A DNA stretch of 64,000 nt from an uncultured Burkholderiales bacterium (lineage in GTDB: Bacteria; Pseudomonadota; Gammaproteobacteria; Burkholderiales; Burkholderiaceae_C): NCBI GenBank assembly GCA_903822825.1, contig CAIJQQ010000054.1:14456-78455 (forward strand), written 5' to 3'. The notes below the pieces were generated by a model. The model was not told where the DNA came from. It made no database searches and worked only from the letters and a program-made list of their open reading frames with translations. A program made the position numbers and the translations under genes. This document shows, one piece after another, positions 1 through 10,073 of the stretch. The stretch's first letter is position 1. Each line of letters begins with the position of its first letter.

Positions 1-568
1 GAATGCGCACACTGCCCGCGCCATCGGTGCCCACGGCCAGCGGCCCCAGACCTGCGGCCACGGCTGCGGCCGCACCGCCCGATGAGCCGCCAGGTGTGTG
101 GTTCAAGTTCCAAGGGTTGCGCGTGATGCCGGTGGCGGGTGAATTGGTTTCGCCCTTGCAGCCAAATTCGGGCGTGGTGGTCTTGCCCAGCAGCACCGCA
201 CCCGCTTCGCGCAGTCGTGCCGTGACGGGTGCGTCCACTTCCCAGGGCTGGTTGGGGTCAACGGTGCGGCTGCCACGCAGCGTGGGCCAGCCTTGCGTGA
301 GGATCAGGTCCTTGATGCTGGTGGGCACGCCGTCGATTTCGCCCACCGCAGCACCGGTGCTGCGGTGCGCTTGCCAGCGGGCTTCACTGGCGCGGGCGCT
401 GGCCAGGGCACGGTCGGCATCGACCAGGCAAAAGGCGTTGATCTGCGGGTTGACGCGCTCAATGCGCGAGAGCACCGCCTGTGTGGCCTCCACAGGGCTG
501 GCCTGTGCGGTGCGGTACAACTGCACCAATTCGTGCGCAGTGCATTGGGTCAGGTCGGTGGTGCTCAT
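1..568 (-). CDS. Amidase-signature family amidase (5' part; runs off window start)
   Basis: Not in ORF track. Manual minus-strand translation from ATG 568 (GGAGA upstream): MSTTDLTQCTAHEL...IKDL...GKTTTPEFG...TRNPWN..TPGGSSGG...GTDGAGSVRI. Confidence 0.9.
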   Translation of the reverse strand, partial: MSTTDLTQCTAHELVQLYRTAQASPVEATQAVLSRIERVNPQINAFCLVDADRALASARASEARWQAHRSTGAAVGEIDGVPTSIKDLILTQGWPTLRGSRTVDPNQPWEVDAPVTARLREAGAVLLGKTTTPEFGCKGETNSPATGITRNPWNLNHTPGGSSGGAAAAVAAGLGPLAVGTDGAGSVRI

Positions 569-596
569 GTGTGTCTCCTGTCGGTGGGGTGATGAA

Positions 597-684
597 GTCA
601 CGCCAAGCCCGTCAAGGCAAAGCGTCAAGGCAAAAAATAAGGGCTAATGGTCAAGGCCAAAGGTCAAGGCCAAGTGTCATGGCC
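597..684. repeat. Degenerate 13-bp tandem repeat (GTCAAGGC core)
   Basis: GTCAAGGC at 611, 624, 650, 663 and GTCATGGC at 676, with decayed units at about 597 and 637; the last unit contains the mlrC-like stop codon. Confidence 0.7.
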
Positions 685-2176
685 TTGTACGGGTTTGGGG
701 GCTGAGTTTTTTCCAGGGCAAGTCGCCCGGATCGGCGGCCATGGGCCCGGCGGCCTTGGCCACCAACACGCGGCTGGCGATGGGCGTGAAGTCGGCGCGG
801 AAATGGTTGGAGCTTTTGACCACCAGCAGCTTCATCTGCTCGGGCTGGATGCCCACCGCGCGAAACAGTTCGCGGTCGAGCATTTGCATCTTGCCGCTGG
901 CCACCGCCACCAGCACGCCGTCGATTTCAAGGCAAGCACAGGGGCCAATGCGGACCTTCACGCCGGTCATCATGGGGCCCTTGAGTTCGCAGACCTCGGC
1001 CCCAAGGGCCCGCACCACAAAGCGGCCCTGCACGGGCGGATCGCTGTCTTGGCCGGTGAAGGTGGGCACGGCTTTGCCCAGCGCTAAATCAAGGCTGGCG
1101 CCTACACCCACTTCGTGGGCCTTGCGGGCCACTGCCGGGTCGACCAACAAGCCCAGCGCCACTTGTCCGGGCCAGCGCTTGCCAGCGCCTTGCTGCAAGA
1201 GGGCGTGCAACATGCCGGTGGTGTTGCTGTCACCGCCTGCGCCGGGGTTGTCTTGTGTGTCGGCCACCACCACTGGGGCACTGGCCGTCTCGGCCACCGA
1301 CAAGGCTTGCGCAACGGCTTCGCGGGCGGGCAGCACATCGGGGCGCCACTGATCAGGCTCGCTCACCCGCTCGAACAGGCGCTGCACTGCAAACTCCACT
1401 GAGCCGCCATGGCCCCACACCACCGGGCCGCACTCGGCAAAGTCCGAGGCCGGAAAGCCCATGCAAAAACTCAGCATGCAGCCCGTCTCGGCTTCGATGC
1501 TGGCCAATGTGTCGTAGAGCGCTTGTGCCGGTTGCATCCAGGTGCTTTGCGCATTGAGCGGGATCAAGAAGCGCAAGTGCTTGGCCTGCACGGGGCGCTT
1601 GGTGCCAGCGCGCAGGTGCTCGCGCATCAGCTCAGCGGCACGCTCGCCAGTCTCGGCCATGTCGATGTGCGGGTAGGTGCGGTAAGACACCAAACCATCG
1701 GCCAGGCGCAGCATGCGCTCGGTCACGTTGGCGTGCAGGTCCAAGCTCGCCACGATGGGCAGGTTCGGCCCCACTACCGCGCGGATACGAGCGATCAGTT
1801 CGCCCTCGCTGTCGTCAGCGTGTTCGGCCACGGCCGCACCGTGCAAGTCGAGGTACACCCCTTCGAGCCCCTGCACCATCGCTGCGCGCACATCCTCGAG
1901 TATGGCGGCGCTGATGCGCTCAAAGGCATCCCGCGTCACATACGATGAGGGCGTGGCCCCGGCCCAGGCCGAGGGCACAAGCTGCCAGCCTTCGCGCTTG
2001 GCCGCGTCGATGAAGCCGCCCACCGGGATGTTGATGCCCGTGAGCTGGGCCTGCATGGCCTGGCCACGCACAAAGGCCGGAAAGTTCTCGCCCGTGTTGA
2101 AGGCGGCCCAATCGGCCAGGCTGGGCGCAAAGGTGTTGGTTTCGTGCTGGTAGCCAGCGATCAGGATGCGGGTCAT
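677..2176 (-). CDS. M81 family metallopeptidase (MlrC-like)
   Basis: HETNTF, LDLHGA, DLHAN, YPHID, DNPGAG and KSSNHFRA motifs typical of MlrC/M81. Confidence 0.88.
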   Translation of the reverse strand: MTRILIAGYQHETNTFAPSLADWAAFNTGENFPAFVRGQAMQAQLTGINIPVGGFIDAAKREGWQLVPSAWAGATPSSYVTRDAFERISAAILEDVRAAMVQGLEGVYLDLHGAAVAEHADDSEGELIARIRAVVGPNLPIVASLDLHANVTERMLRLADGLVSYRTYPHIDMAETGERAAELMREHLRAGTKRPVQAKHLRFLIPLNAQSTWMQPAQALYDTLASIEAETGCMLSFCMGFPASDFAECGPVVWGHGGSVEFAVQRLFERVSEPDQWRPDVLPAREAVAQALSVAETASAPVVVADTQDNPGAGGDSNTTGMLHALLQQGAGKRWPGQVALGLLVDPAVARKAHEVGVGASLDLALGKAVPTFTGQDSDPPVQGRFVVRALGAEVCELKGPMMTGVKVRIGPCACLEIDGVLVAVASGKMQMLDRELFRAVGIQPEQMKLLVVKSSNHFRADFTPIASRVLVAKAAGPMAADPGDLPWKKLSPQTRTRP

Positions 2177-3798
2177 GGGTTTTCCAGCGCAGGCAGTGCC
2201 GCAGGCGCTGCGTCAAACAGCCGCCGGGTGTAGTCCTGCTGCGGGTTGGCGTAAAGGTCGCAGGTTCGACCTTGCTCCACGATGCGCCCTTGGTGCATCA
2301 CGATGACGCGATCGCACAGCTGGGCGGCCACGCGCAGATCGTGCGTGATGAAGAGCAAGCCCAAACCCAGGCGCGACTGCGCCTCGCGCAAGAGGTTGAG
2401 AATTTGTGCCTGCACACTCACGTCGAGCGCGCTCACCGCCTCGTCGGCCACCAGCACCTGCGGGCGGCAGGCCAGCGCACGGGCAATGGCCAGGCGCTGG
2501 CGCTGGCCACCACTGAACTGGCTGGGGTAGCGCTTGAGGGCTTCTACGGGCAAGCGCACTTGCGCCATCAACTCCACCGCCAGCGCTTGGGCTTGCTCGC
2601 GCGATTGGCCAAAGTTCATGGCGCCTTCGAGCATCGACTGGCCCACGGTGCGGCGCGGGTTGAGAGAACGGTTCGGGTCTTGAAACACCACCTGCACTCG
2701 GTGGCGCAACGGCCGCAACTGGCGCTCGGGCATGCGGGCCACGTCGTCGTTGTCCCAAAAAATCTGGCCTTCGGTGGGGTCTATCAATCGGATCAGGCAA
2801 CGCGCAAAGGTGGACTTGCCGGAACCCGACTCGCCCACGATGCCCACCGTCTCTCCAGCACGCACGGCCACAGCCGCGTCCATCAGGGCAGCGGTAGGTC
2901 GGTTGCGGCCCAGCCAGTCGTGGCTGATGTAGGTCTTGCCCACGCCCAGCCCCGACAAGAGCGCCGGGCCTTGGGGCTCGGGTTTGGCAGGTGGCGGCGT
3001 CATGCCGGGCACAGCGGCCAGCAGCTGACGCGTGTAGTCAGCGCGGGGGCGGCGCAGCACCTGATCGCAGTCGCCGCTTTCAACCGCCTGGCCCTGGTTC
3101 ATGACCAGCACCTGGTCGGCGATCTCGGCCACCACACCCATGTCGTGGGTGATGAACAGCACCGCACTGCCCTGCTCGCGTTGCAGGTCGGCGATCAAGC
3201 GCAAGATTTCTTTTTGCGTGGTCACATCGAGCGCCGTGGTCGGCTCGTCGCAGATCAGCAAGGCGGGCTTCAAGATCACGGCCATCGCGATCACGATGCG
3301 CTGACGCTGGCCGCCGCTCAGTTGGTGCGGGTAGCTGCGAAGCATGCGCGCAGGTTCTGGCAGCTTGACCCGCTCAAACACACGCAGAATTTCGTCACGG
3401 CGCTGCTCAGCAGGCCAGTCGGTGTGGGTGGACAGCAACTCATCGACTTGGTCGCCACAGGTCATGACCGGGTTCAGGGCCGTCATGGGCTCCTGGAACA
3501 CCATGCCCATGGCCTTGCCGCGCAACTGGCGCAGCCGCAACTTGGACGCCTGCAGCAAAGACTCGCCTTGCAGCAAGATGTCACCCGCCACGGGCTGCAG
3601 CTCTTTGGGCAACAGGCCCATCACGGTGGTGGCCATGACGGATTTGCCCGAGCCCGACTCGCCCACCACGCAGAGCGTCTGGCCGGGCAGGATGTCAAGC
3701 GACACGTCGGTGATGGCATGCGCCCGGTCACCGCCCGTCGGCAAAGCGACCGACAGGCCACGGATGGACAGCACCGCCTGGGGAACGACGGGTGTCAT
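2173..3798 (-). CDS. Dipeptide/oligopeptide ABC transporter, fused double ATPase
   Basis: Two GESGSGKS Walker A motifs, two SGGQRQR signatures, DEPTTALD and DEAVSALD. Confidence 0.93.
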   Translation of the reverse strand: MTPVVPQAVLSIRGLSVALPTGGDRAHAITDVSLDILPGQTLCVVGESGSGKSVMATTVMGLLPKELQPVAGDILLQGESLLQASKLRLRQLRGKAMGMVFQEPMTALNPVMTCGDQVDELLSTHTDWPAEQRRDEILRVFERVKLPEPARMLRSYPHQLSGGQRQRIVIAMAVILKPALLICDEPTTALDVTTQKEILRLIADLQREQGSAVLFITHDMGVVAEIADQVLVMNQGQAVESGDCDQVLRRPRADYTRQLLAAVPGMTPPPAKPEPQGPALLSGLGVGKTYISHDWLGRNRPTAALMDAAVAVRAGETVGIVGESGSGKSTFARCLIRLIDPTEGQIFWDNDDVARMPERQLRPLRHRVQVVFQDPNRSLNPRRTVGQSMLEGAMNFGQSREQAQALAVELMAQVRLPVEALKRYPSQFSGGQRQRLAIARALACRPQVLVADEAVSALDVSVQAQILNLLREAQSRLGLGLLFITHDLRVAAQLCDRVIVMHQGRIVEQGRTCDLYANPQQDYTRRLFDAAPAALPALENP

Positions 3799-4676
3799 GC
3801 GCCGCTCCGCTTCGCGAATTTGGGGTCCAGCACATCGCGCAGGCCGTCACCCAGAAGGTTGATGGCCAACACCGTAGGCACCAGAAACAATGCCGGAAAC
3901 AGCACATTGCCCGGGTACTGGGTGAACTGCACCCGACCCTCGGCCATGATGTTGCCCCAGGTCGGGATATCGGCCGGCAGACCCAAGCCCAAAAAGCTCA
4001 AGATCGCTTCGGTGAGCACCGCGCTGGCGGCAATGAAAGTGCCTTGCACAATGAGAGGGGCCATCGCATTGGGCAAAATGTGGCGCAGCAATATGACCGG
4101 TATGGGCGTGGCCAAGGCTCTGGCCGCCTCGACAAAAGGCTCTTCGCGCAGGCTCAAAACCAGTGCACGCACCAGGCGCGTGACGCGCGGAATTTCAGGG
4201 ATGGCAATGGCCACCACCACCGTCCAGATCTGAGCACCCAAGGCCGCCACCAAGGCAATGGCCAGCAAGATGGCGGGGATGGCCATCAGCCCGTCCATGA
4301 AGCGCATCAAGACCGCGTCCACCAGTCGAAAGTAGCCCGCCAGCATGCCCAGCAAACCTCCAACGGCCAAGGCCACAGTGGCTGTGAACAGGCCCACCAT
4401 CAAGGACACGCGGGTGCCGTAGAGCACTCTGCTGTAGATGTCGCGGCCAAAGTTGTCTGAGCCCATCCAGAAGGTGTGTGCCACGCTGGTGCCATCGAGC
4501 AAACCAAACTGGCCGACCACACCGGCCGCGGTGTTGATGTTGGCCGAGTCCATTGCAGCCGGGTCCACTGTGCCCAACCAAGGGGCCGTCAAAGCCATCA
4601 GGATGAGCAGCACCAGCACACCCAATCCCAAACGGATGGTGGTGTGGGCCAGAAGTTTTCGGAAAATGGCGTTCAT
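3795..4676 (-). CDS. Peptide ABC transporter permease (DppC/OppC-like)
   Basis: GSDNFGRD, EAARALA, HILPN motifs; ATG 4676 overlaps the upstream stop (TGATG). Confidence 0.9.
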   Translation of the reverse strand: MNAIFRKLLAHTTIRLGLGVLVLLILMALTAPWLGTVDPAAMDSANINTAAGVVGQFGLLDGTSVAHTFWMGSDNFGRDIYSRVLYGTRVSLMVGLFTATVALAVGGLLGMLAGYFRLVDAVLMRFMDGLMAIPAILLAIALVAALGAQIWTVVVAIAIPEIPRVTRLVRALVLSLREEPFVEAARALATPIPVILLRHILPNAMAPLIVQGTFIAASAVLTEAILSFLGLGLPADIPTWGNIMAEGRVQFTQYPGNVLFPALFLVPTVLAINLLGDGLRDVLDPKFAKRSGA

Positions 4677-5629
4677 CAGTAACGAATCCGGGGATCGAGC
4701 CACAGGTAGCTCAAGTCCACCAACAAATTGATCAACACGTACAGCACGCTGAAAAACAGCACCACACCCTGAATGACCGGAAAGTCGCGGTTGAGCACCG
4801 CGTCCACCGTGAGCGAGCCCAAGCCCGGAATGGCATAGACCGTTTCGGTCACCACCACACCGCCAATCAAAAGCGCGATGCCGATGCCGATCACGGTGAC
4901 GATGGGCACGGCCGCATTGGCCAGCGCGTGGCGCAGCAAAACCACCTGCTCGGTCACGCCCTTGGCGCGGGCCGTGCGGATGTAGTCCTCGGTCAGCGCT
5001 TCAGACACACTGGCACGGGTCACCCGCGCAATGAGCGCCACATAAATGGTGGCCAGCGACAACCAAGGCAGCACCAGTTGGTAAGCCCAGGCCCCCACAC
5101 CTTGCGAAAATTCGCCAAACAGGCGGCGGTAACCCTGCACGGGCAACCATTGCAGCTGGATGGCGAAGATGTAGATCAGCACATAGCCAATCACGAACAC
5201 CGGCACCGAGAACCCGGCCACCGCAAACCCGGACAGAATGCGGTCCAGCCAGCCGCCCATGCGCCAAGCCGCCAGCGTGCCCAAAGGCACCGCCACCAGC
5301 ACGGCCAGCACCATGGTGCCTGCAGCCAGCGACAAAGTGGGCTCGATGCGCTGTGCGATCAGCTCGGTCACCGGCTTGCCCAGGTAAAAGGAGTACCCCA
5401 AATCACCTTGCAGCACGCCCTTCAGCCAGATCATGAACTGGGCGAGCAAGGGTTTGGTCAGGCCCAGCTGTTCGCGGATGCGATCGATGTCTTCATTGGT
5501 GGCGTTGTTGCCCGCGATCACCGCAGCCGGGTCGCCCGGCGTGAGCCGAAGGATCAGGAAAACAATGACCGCCACCGTGAACAGCACCGGAACCAGCGCC
5601 AGCAGGCGCTGCAGCAAGAATCTCAGCAT
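4676..5629 (-). CDS. Peptide ABC transporter permease (DppB/OppB-like)
   Basis: PGDPA, DYIRTARAKG, NRDFPVIQG, DPRIRY. Confidence 0.93.
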   Translation of the reverse strand: MLRFLLQRLLALVPVLFTVAVIVFLILRLTPGDPAAVIAGNNATNEDIDRIREQLGLTKPLLAQFMIWLKGVLQGDLGYSFYLGKPVTELIAQRIEPTLSLAAGTMVLAVLVAVPLGTLAAWRMGGWLDRILSGFAVAGFSVPVFVIGYVLIYIFAIQLQWLPVQGYRRLFGEFSQGVGAWAYQLVLPWLSLATIYVALIARVTRASVSEALTEDYIRTARAKGVTEQVVLLRHALANAAVPIVTVIGIGIALLIGGVVVTETVYAIPGLGSLTVDAVLNRDFPVIQGVVLFFSVLYVLINLLVDLSYLWLDPRIRY

Positions 5630-5663
5630 AAAACTTCAGCTGCTCTTGAGTTCAAAAAGAAGT

Positions 5664-7238
5664 TCAATTCTTCTTGATGTTCCAGTACACCTGCGCCCCC
5701 CCGGGCACCAGGCCCGAGATGTTATTGCGCAAGGCGGCGGGGTTGAAGTACTGGCCCAGCGGTACGTGGGTGGCGGTTTCCATGGCACGCAACTGGATTT
5801 GCTCAGCAATCTGCTTTTTCTGCGGGTCGGATGTGGCCTGGGCGAACTTGACTTTGAGGTCTTCGATCTGCTTGTCGTCTTGCCAGCCGAACCAGCCCTT
5901 GTCACCGGCGGCGTTCATCATGGCCATGGTCAGGGGGTTCAGGATATCGCCCGCCGTCCAGGCGGTCATGAAGGCGTTCCAGCCGCCTTGCGCTGGCGCA
6001 TCTTTCTTGGCTCGGCGTGCCACCAAGGTGGCCCAATCCATTTGCTGCATGTCCACCTTGAAGCCAGCCGCTTCAAGTTGCTGCTTGGCGACCAGTGGCA
6101 GCTTGGCAATCGCGGCGAGATCGGTGGGGCGCATCAGCACCACAGGCGTGCCGTCATAACCGGCTTCCTTAAGCATCTCGGCAGCCCTCTTGGGGTCAGC
6201 CATGCCGGTGTAAATGCCGGTTTTGTCGCTGGCCAAGGGCGTACCGCAGGGGTACATGCTCTTGCAGAAGGTGTACATGCCGGGTGCGCCCACCTGAGTT
6301 TTGAGGTGCGCTTCCTGGCCCAGCGCCACCATGGCGGCCTGGCGGATCTTCACGTTGTTGAACGGCGCGTGCAGGTGGTTGAAGCGCAGGATGAACTGCA
6401 GGCCAGCAGGCTGGGCGTCCACCAGTTGAATGTCTTTTTGTGCCTTGAGCGAAGCGTATTGCTCAAACGTGGGTTGCTCGACAATGTCGACCTCACCGGC
6501 CACCAAGGCATTGAACTGGGTTTGCGGGTCGCGGATGATGACCCATTCCACGCGGTCCAAATAGACATTCTTGCCGCCCGTGGTGCCGTCAGGTGCTTCC
6601 GAACGTGGTTTGTATTTCTCATTTTTCACATAGACCAGACGCTCCCCAGGTTTGTATTCACCAGGCACAAATTTGTAGGGACCAGAGCCGATGTTTTCCT
6701 TGATTTGCTCGCTGCCGGGTGTAGCGGCAATGCGGGCGGGCATGATGAACAGCACGTTGGAAGAAGGCTTGCCCAACGCTTCGAGCATCACGCCAAAGGG
6801 CTTGTTGAGTTTGATGACAAAGGTCTTGGGATCGGGCGTGGCGTAGCTGTCCACGCTCTTGGCCAGCACGCCGCCAAAGCTGTCGCGGCTGGACCAGCGC
6901 TTGATGGAGGCCACCACATCTTCACTGGTGACAGGCTTGCCGTCGTGGAACTCAAGACCGTCACGCAGCGTGAAAGTCCAGGTCAGGTTGTCTTTGCTGA
7001 CGTTCCATTTGTCCACCATTTGCGGTTTGGGTTTGCCGGCCAGATCGGTGCCAAACAAGGTGTCGTAAATCATGTAGCCATGGTTGCGTGTGACAAACGC
7101 CGTGGACCACACCGGGTCCAGGATCGTCACGTTGGCGTGCGGCACCACGCGCAGGGTCTTGCCCTGGGCCTGCGCAACAAAGGGGGTCAGCAGGGCAGTC
7201 GCCAGTGCGGCCACTGCAAAAAGGGAACGGCGATTCAT
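5664..7238 (-). CDS. ABC substrate-binding protein, family 5
   Basis: Signal peptide; LDP, IYDTLF, FTLRDGLEFHDG, GSGPYKF. Confidence 0.92.
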   Translation of the reverse strand: MNRRSLFAVAALATALLTPFVAQAQGKTLRVVPHANVTILDPVWSTAFVTRNHGYMIYDTLFGTDLAGKPKPQMVDKWNVSKDNLTWTFTLRDGLEFHDGKPVTSEDVVASIKRWSSRDSFGGVLAKSVDSYATPDPKTFVIKLNKPFGVMLEALGKPSSNVLFIMPARIAATPGSEQIKENIGSGPYKFVPGEYKPGERLVYVKNEKYKPRSEAPDGTTGGKNVYLDRVEWVIIRDPQTQFNALVAGEVDIVEQPTFEQYASLKAQKDIQLVDAQPAGLQFILRFNHLHAPFNNVKIRQAAMVALGQEAHLKTQVGAPGMYTFCKSMYPCGTPLASDKTGIYTGMADPKRAAEMLKEAGYDGTPVVLMRPTDLAAIAKLPLVAKQQLEAAGFKVDMQQMDWATLVARRAKKDAPAQGGWNAFMTAWTAGDILNPLTMAMMNAAGDKGWFGWQDDKQIEDLKVKFAQATSDPQKKQIAEQIQLRAMETATHVPLGQYFNPAALRNNISGLVPGGAQVYWNIKKN

Positions 7239-7298
7239 CGGATACTCCAGTCAAGACGGGGACATTGAACAGTGATTTTGAACACTATAAAGCTAAAC

Positions 7299-8744
7299 AT
7301 GACCATTGAAAATCAGGACATTACCCAATACGGAGCGCTGGACTTGTCTCGCGCCATACACACCAAGCAAGTGTCGTGCCGCGAGGTCATGCTCGCCACA
7401 CTGGTCCAGGTGGATCGGCTCAACCCCCAAAGCAACGCCATTGTCAGCCGCGTGGACAGCGCCGCCCTGCTGGAACAAGCCGATGAACGAGATGCCCAGC
7501 TGGCGCGAGGCGAGTCGATGGGTTGGCTGCACGGCATCCCGCAAGCGATCAAAGATCTGGCCAATGTGCAGGGTTTGCGCACTAGTTTGGGCAGTCCCTT
7601 GATGAAAGACTTTGTGGCCAGCGAAGACGGCCTGATGGCCTCGCGCATGAAAGCCGCAGGCGCCATCGTCATCGGCAAAACCAACACCCCCGAGTTTGGC
7701 CTGGGCTCGCACACTTTCAACGAGGTGTTTGGGGCCACACGCAACGCTTGGAACCAGAGCAAAACAGCGGGCGGCAGCAGTGGCGGCGCGGGCGTGGCCC
7801 TGGCCCAGCGCATGCTGAGCGTGGCCGATGGCTCCGATTTCATGGGCAGCTTGCGCAACCCCGCAGGTTGGAGCCATGTGTTTGGCATGCGCCCCTCGCA
7901 AGGGCGCGTGCCCATGCAGCCGGCCACCGACGTCTACATTGCCCAAATGGGCACCGAAGGCCCCATGGGCCGCCATGTACGCGACCTGGCCATGCTGCTG
8001 TCGACCCAAGCCGGTGCGCACCCTTTGTCTCCGCTCAGCCTCACAGGCGACCCGCAAGCCTTTGTGGCGCCACTCGAGGGCGATGTGCGCGGCCAACGCA
8101 TTGGCTGGCTGGGCGACTTGCAGGGTTATTTACCCATGGAGGGCGGCATCCTTGATGTATGCCAGTCCGCACTGGGCTCGTTCACCGACATGGGTTGCCG
8201 CGTGGACGAAGCGCGGCTGGGATTGCCACCCGAGCAGATTTGGCAAACCTGGCTGGTCTGGCGCCAAGCCCTGGTGGGGCCACGCGTAGCCCCCTTCTTG
8301 GTCCATCCGGCCAACCGCGAACTCATCAAACCCGAAGCCTTGTGGGAGCACGACCAGTCGCTGCAGTTGACCGGCGCACAGCTGATGGCGGCCAGCGCTG
8401 CGCGCACCCGCTTTTTGGCCAGCATGGTCGAACTCTTCGAGTCGTTTGATGTGCTGGCGTTACCCGTTGCGCAGGTCTGGCCTTTCGATGTGAACCTGCG
8501 TTGGCCGCAAAGCATTGCCGGAAAGCCGATGGACACCTACCACCGCTGGATGGAAGTCGTGATCTACGCCACGCTGGCGGGATTGCCTGCCATCAGCGTG
8601 CCTGCAGGCTTTGGCGCCAACGGTTTGCCCATGGGATTGCAGCTGATCGGCAAACCCCAAGGCGACATGGCCTTGCTGCAACTGGCACACGCCTACGAAA
8701 TGGCCAACTTGACCATGCTGGCTAAAAGACCACCAGGCGTCTAA
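7299..8744 (+). CDS. Amidase-signature family amidase
   Basis: IKDL, GKTNTPEFG, GGSSGG, GSDFMGSLRNP, GLPMGLQLIG; start placed at MTIENQ. Confidence 0.9.
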   Translation: MTIENQDITQYGALDLSRAIHTKQVSCREVMLATLVQVDRLNPQSNAIVSRVDSAALLEQADERDAQLARGESMGWLHGIPQAIKDLANVQGLRTSLGSPLMKDFVASEDGLMASRMKAAGAIVIGKTNTPEFGLGSHTFNEVFGATRNAWNQSKTAGGSSGGAGVALAQRMLSVADGSDFMGSLRNPAGWSHVFGMRPSQGRVPMQPATDVYIAQMGTEGPMGRHVRDLAMLLSTQAGAHPLSPLSLTGDPQAFVAPLEGDVRGQRIGWLGDLQGYLPMEGGILDVCQSALGSFTDMGCRVDEARLGLPPEQIWQTWLVWRQALVGPRVAPFLVHPANRELIKPEALWEHDQSLQLTGAQLMAASAARTRFLASMVELFESFDVLALPVAQVWPFDVNLRWPQSIAGKPMDTYHRWMEVVIYATLAGLPAISVPAGFGANGLPMGLQLIGKPQGDMALLQLAHAYEMANLTMLAKRPPGV

Positions 8745-8786
8745 AGGCCGCGCTCCCAGGGGTTTGAATGAAACCCGGGTGGCCAC

Positions 8787-9242
8787 TCAGTTTTGCTGCC
8801 AAGGCAAGCCGCGCAAGCGCCAGCCGCCTTTGCGTCCGCGATGGCCCTTGTCATCGGGGTCGCCCTCAAAGCCTTCCAGGATGTTGTAGGCCTGCACCCC
8901 CAACTCGGTCGCGCGTTGCGCTGCAGCGATCGAGCGCACGCCGCTTCGGCACAGCAGCACCAGTTTGCGGCCGCCCGAGCCCAGCGCCTGGATGCCCGCG
9001 TCAAAGTCGGGGTTCATGGCCATGCCGGGCCACTGCTTCCAGGCCAGCGCCTGCGCGCCGGGCACAAAGCCCACCCAAGTGCGCTCGGCATCTGTGCGCA
9101 CATCCACCAAAACCGCATCGCCCGATTGGACCCAGGACCAGGCCAACTCGGGGCTGATGTCTCCGGCATAACTTGTTGCCGCTTGAACAACCATGGAGGA
9201 AGGTGGGACGGACTGGACTGTGGAAGAGCTCATCGCGTTCAT
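8787..9242 (-). CDS. Single-domain rhodanese/sulfurtransferase
   Basis: LVDVRT, active loop CRSGVRS, YNILEGFEG, GLPW. Confidence 0.88.
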   Translation of the reverse strand: MNAMSSSTVQSVPPSSMVVQAATSYAGDISPELAWSWVQSGDAVLVDVRTDAERTWVGFVPGAQALAWKQWPGMAMNPDFDAGIQALGSGGRKLVLLCRSGVRSIAAAQRATELGVQAYNILEGFEGDPDDKGHRGRKGGWRLRGLPWQQN

Positions 9243-9328
9243 GGTCTCAAGGAAAAAAGGGCCGAGGAAGGCGCCATGATAGCCCCCGCCCCAGCCCCTG
9301 ATTTCGCCCTTGACGGACGAGGCGCAGT

Positions 9329-10051
9329 TCAGTGTCCGCCGCCCAGATAAGCCGCTTTAACCGCCGGATCGTTCTTCAGACGGCTGGCTTCGCCATGCAC
9401 CGAGATGCGGCCGTTTTCAAGCACATAACCATAGTCGGCCACGTTCAAAGCGGCGGCAGCGAACTGTTCCACCAGCAGCATCGTCACGCCTTGGCTCTTG
9501 AGGTTGGCAATGATTTTGAAAACCTCTTCCACCAGAATAGGCGCCAAGCCCATCGAAGGCTCGTCCAGCAGGACCACTTCGGGGTTCAGCATCACCGCGC
9601 GGGCCATGGCCAGCATCTGCTGCTCACCGCCTGACAAAGTGCCGGCCAGTTGGTTGCGGCGCTCCTTGAGGCGGGGGAACAAATCCATTGCACGGCCCAG
9701 GTCACCCGCCACATCGCCTTTGGGGCGGCTACCCGTCAAACGAGGGAAAGCACCCAAGGTGAGGTTGTCTGTCACGGTCATGGTGGCAAACACGCGGCGG
9801 CCTTCGGGCGAGTGGGCCAGGCCACGCTTGGCGATGGAGAAAGACTCCATGCCATCGATGCGTTCACCGTTCAAGGTGATCTCACCCGCGGTGGGCGAAA
9901 TCATGCCGCTGATGGCACGCATGGTGGTGGTCTTGCCTGCGCCGTTGGAGCCAATCAGGGTCACCACTTTGCCTTTGGGCACTTCAAGAGAGATGCCATG
10001 CAGCACATGGACTTTGCCGTAACCGGCTTCGAGGTTTTTGATCGTCAACAT
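9329..10051 (-). CDS. livF: Branched-chain amino acid ABC ATPase (LivF-like)
   Basis: GSNGAGKTT, LSGGEQQM, LDEPSMGLAP, LLVEQ. Confidence 0.88.
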   Translation of the reverse strand: MLTIKNLEAGYGKVHVLHGISLEVPKGKVVTLIGSNGAGKTTTMRAISGMISPTAGEITLNGERIDGMESFSIAKRGLAHSPEGRRVFATMTVTDNLTLGAFPRLTGSRPKGDVAGDLGRAMDLFPRLKERRNQLAGTLSGGEQQMLAMARAVMLNPEVVLLDEPSMGLAPILVEEVFKIIANLKSQGVTMLLVEQFAAAALNVADYGYVLENGRISVHGEASRLKNDPAVKAAYLGGGH

Positions 10052-10073
10052 TTCATTGTTCTCCCGTGTGCAA

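Noticed and set aside
677-2176. Microcystin degradation pathway
   Set aside because: Only an MlrC-family homolog is present; mlrA, mlrB and mlrD were not seen.
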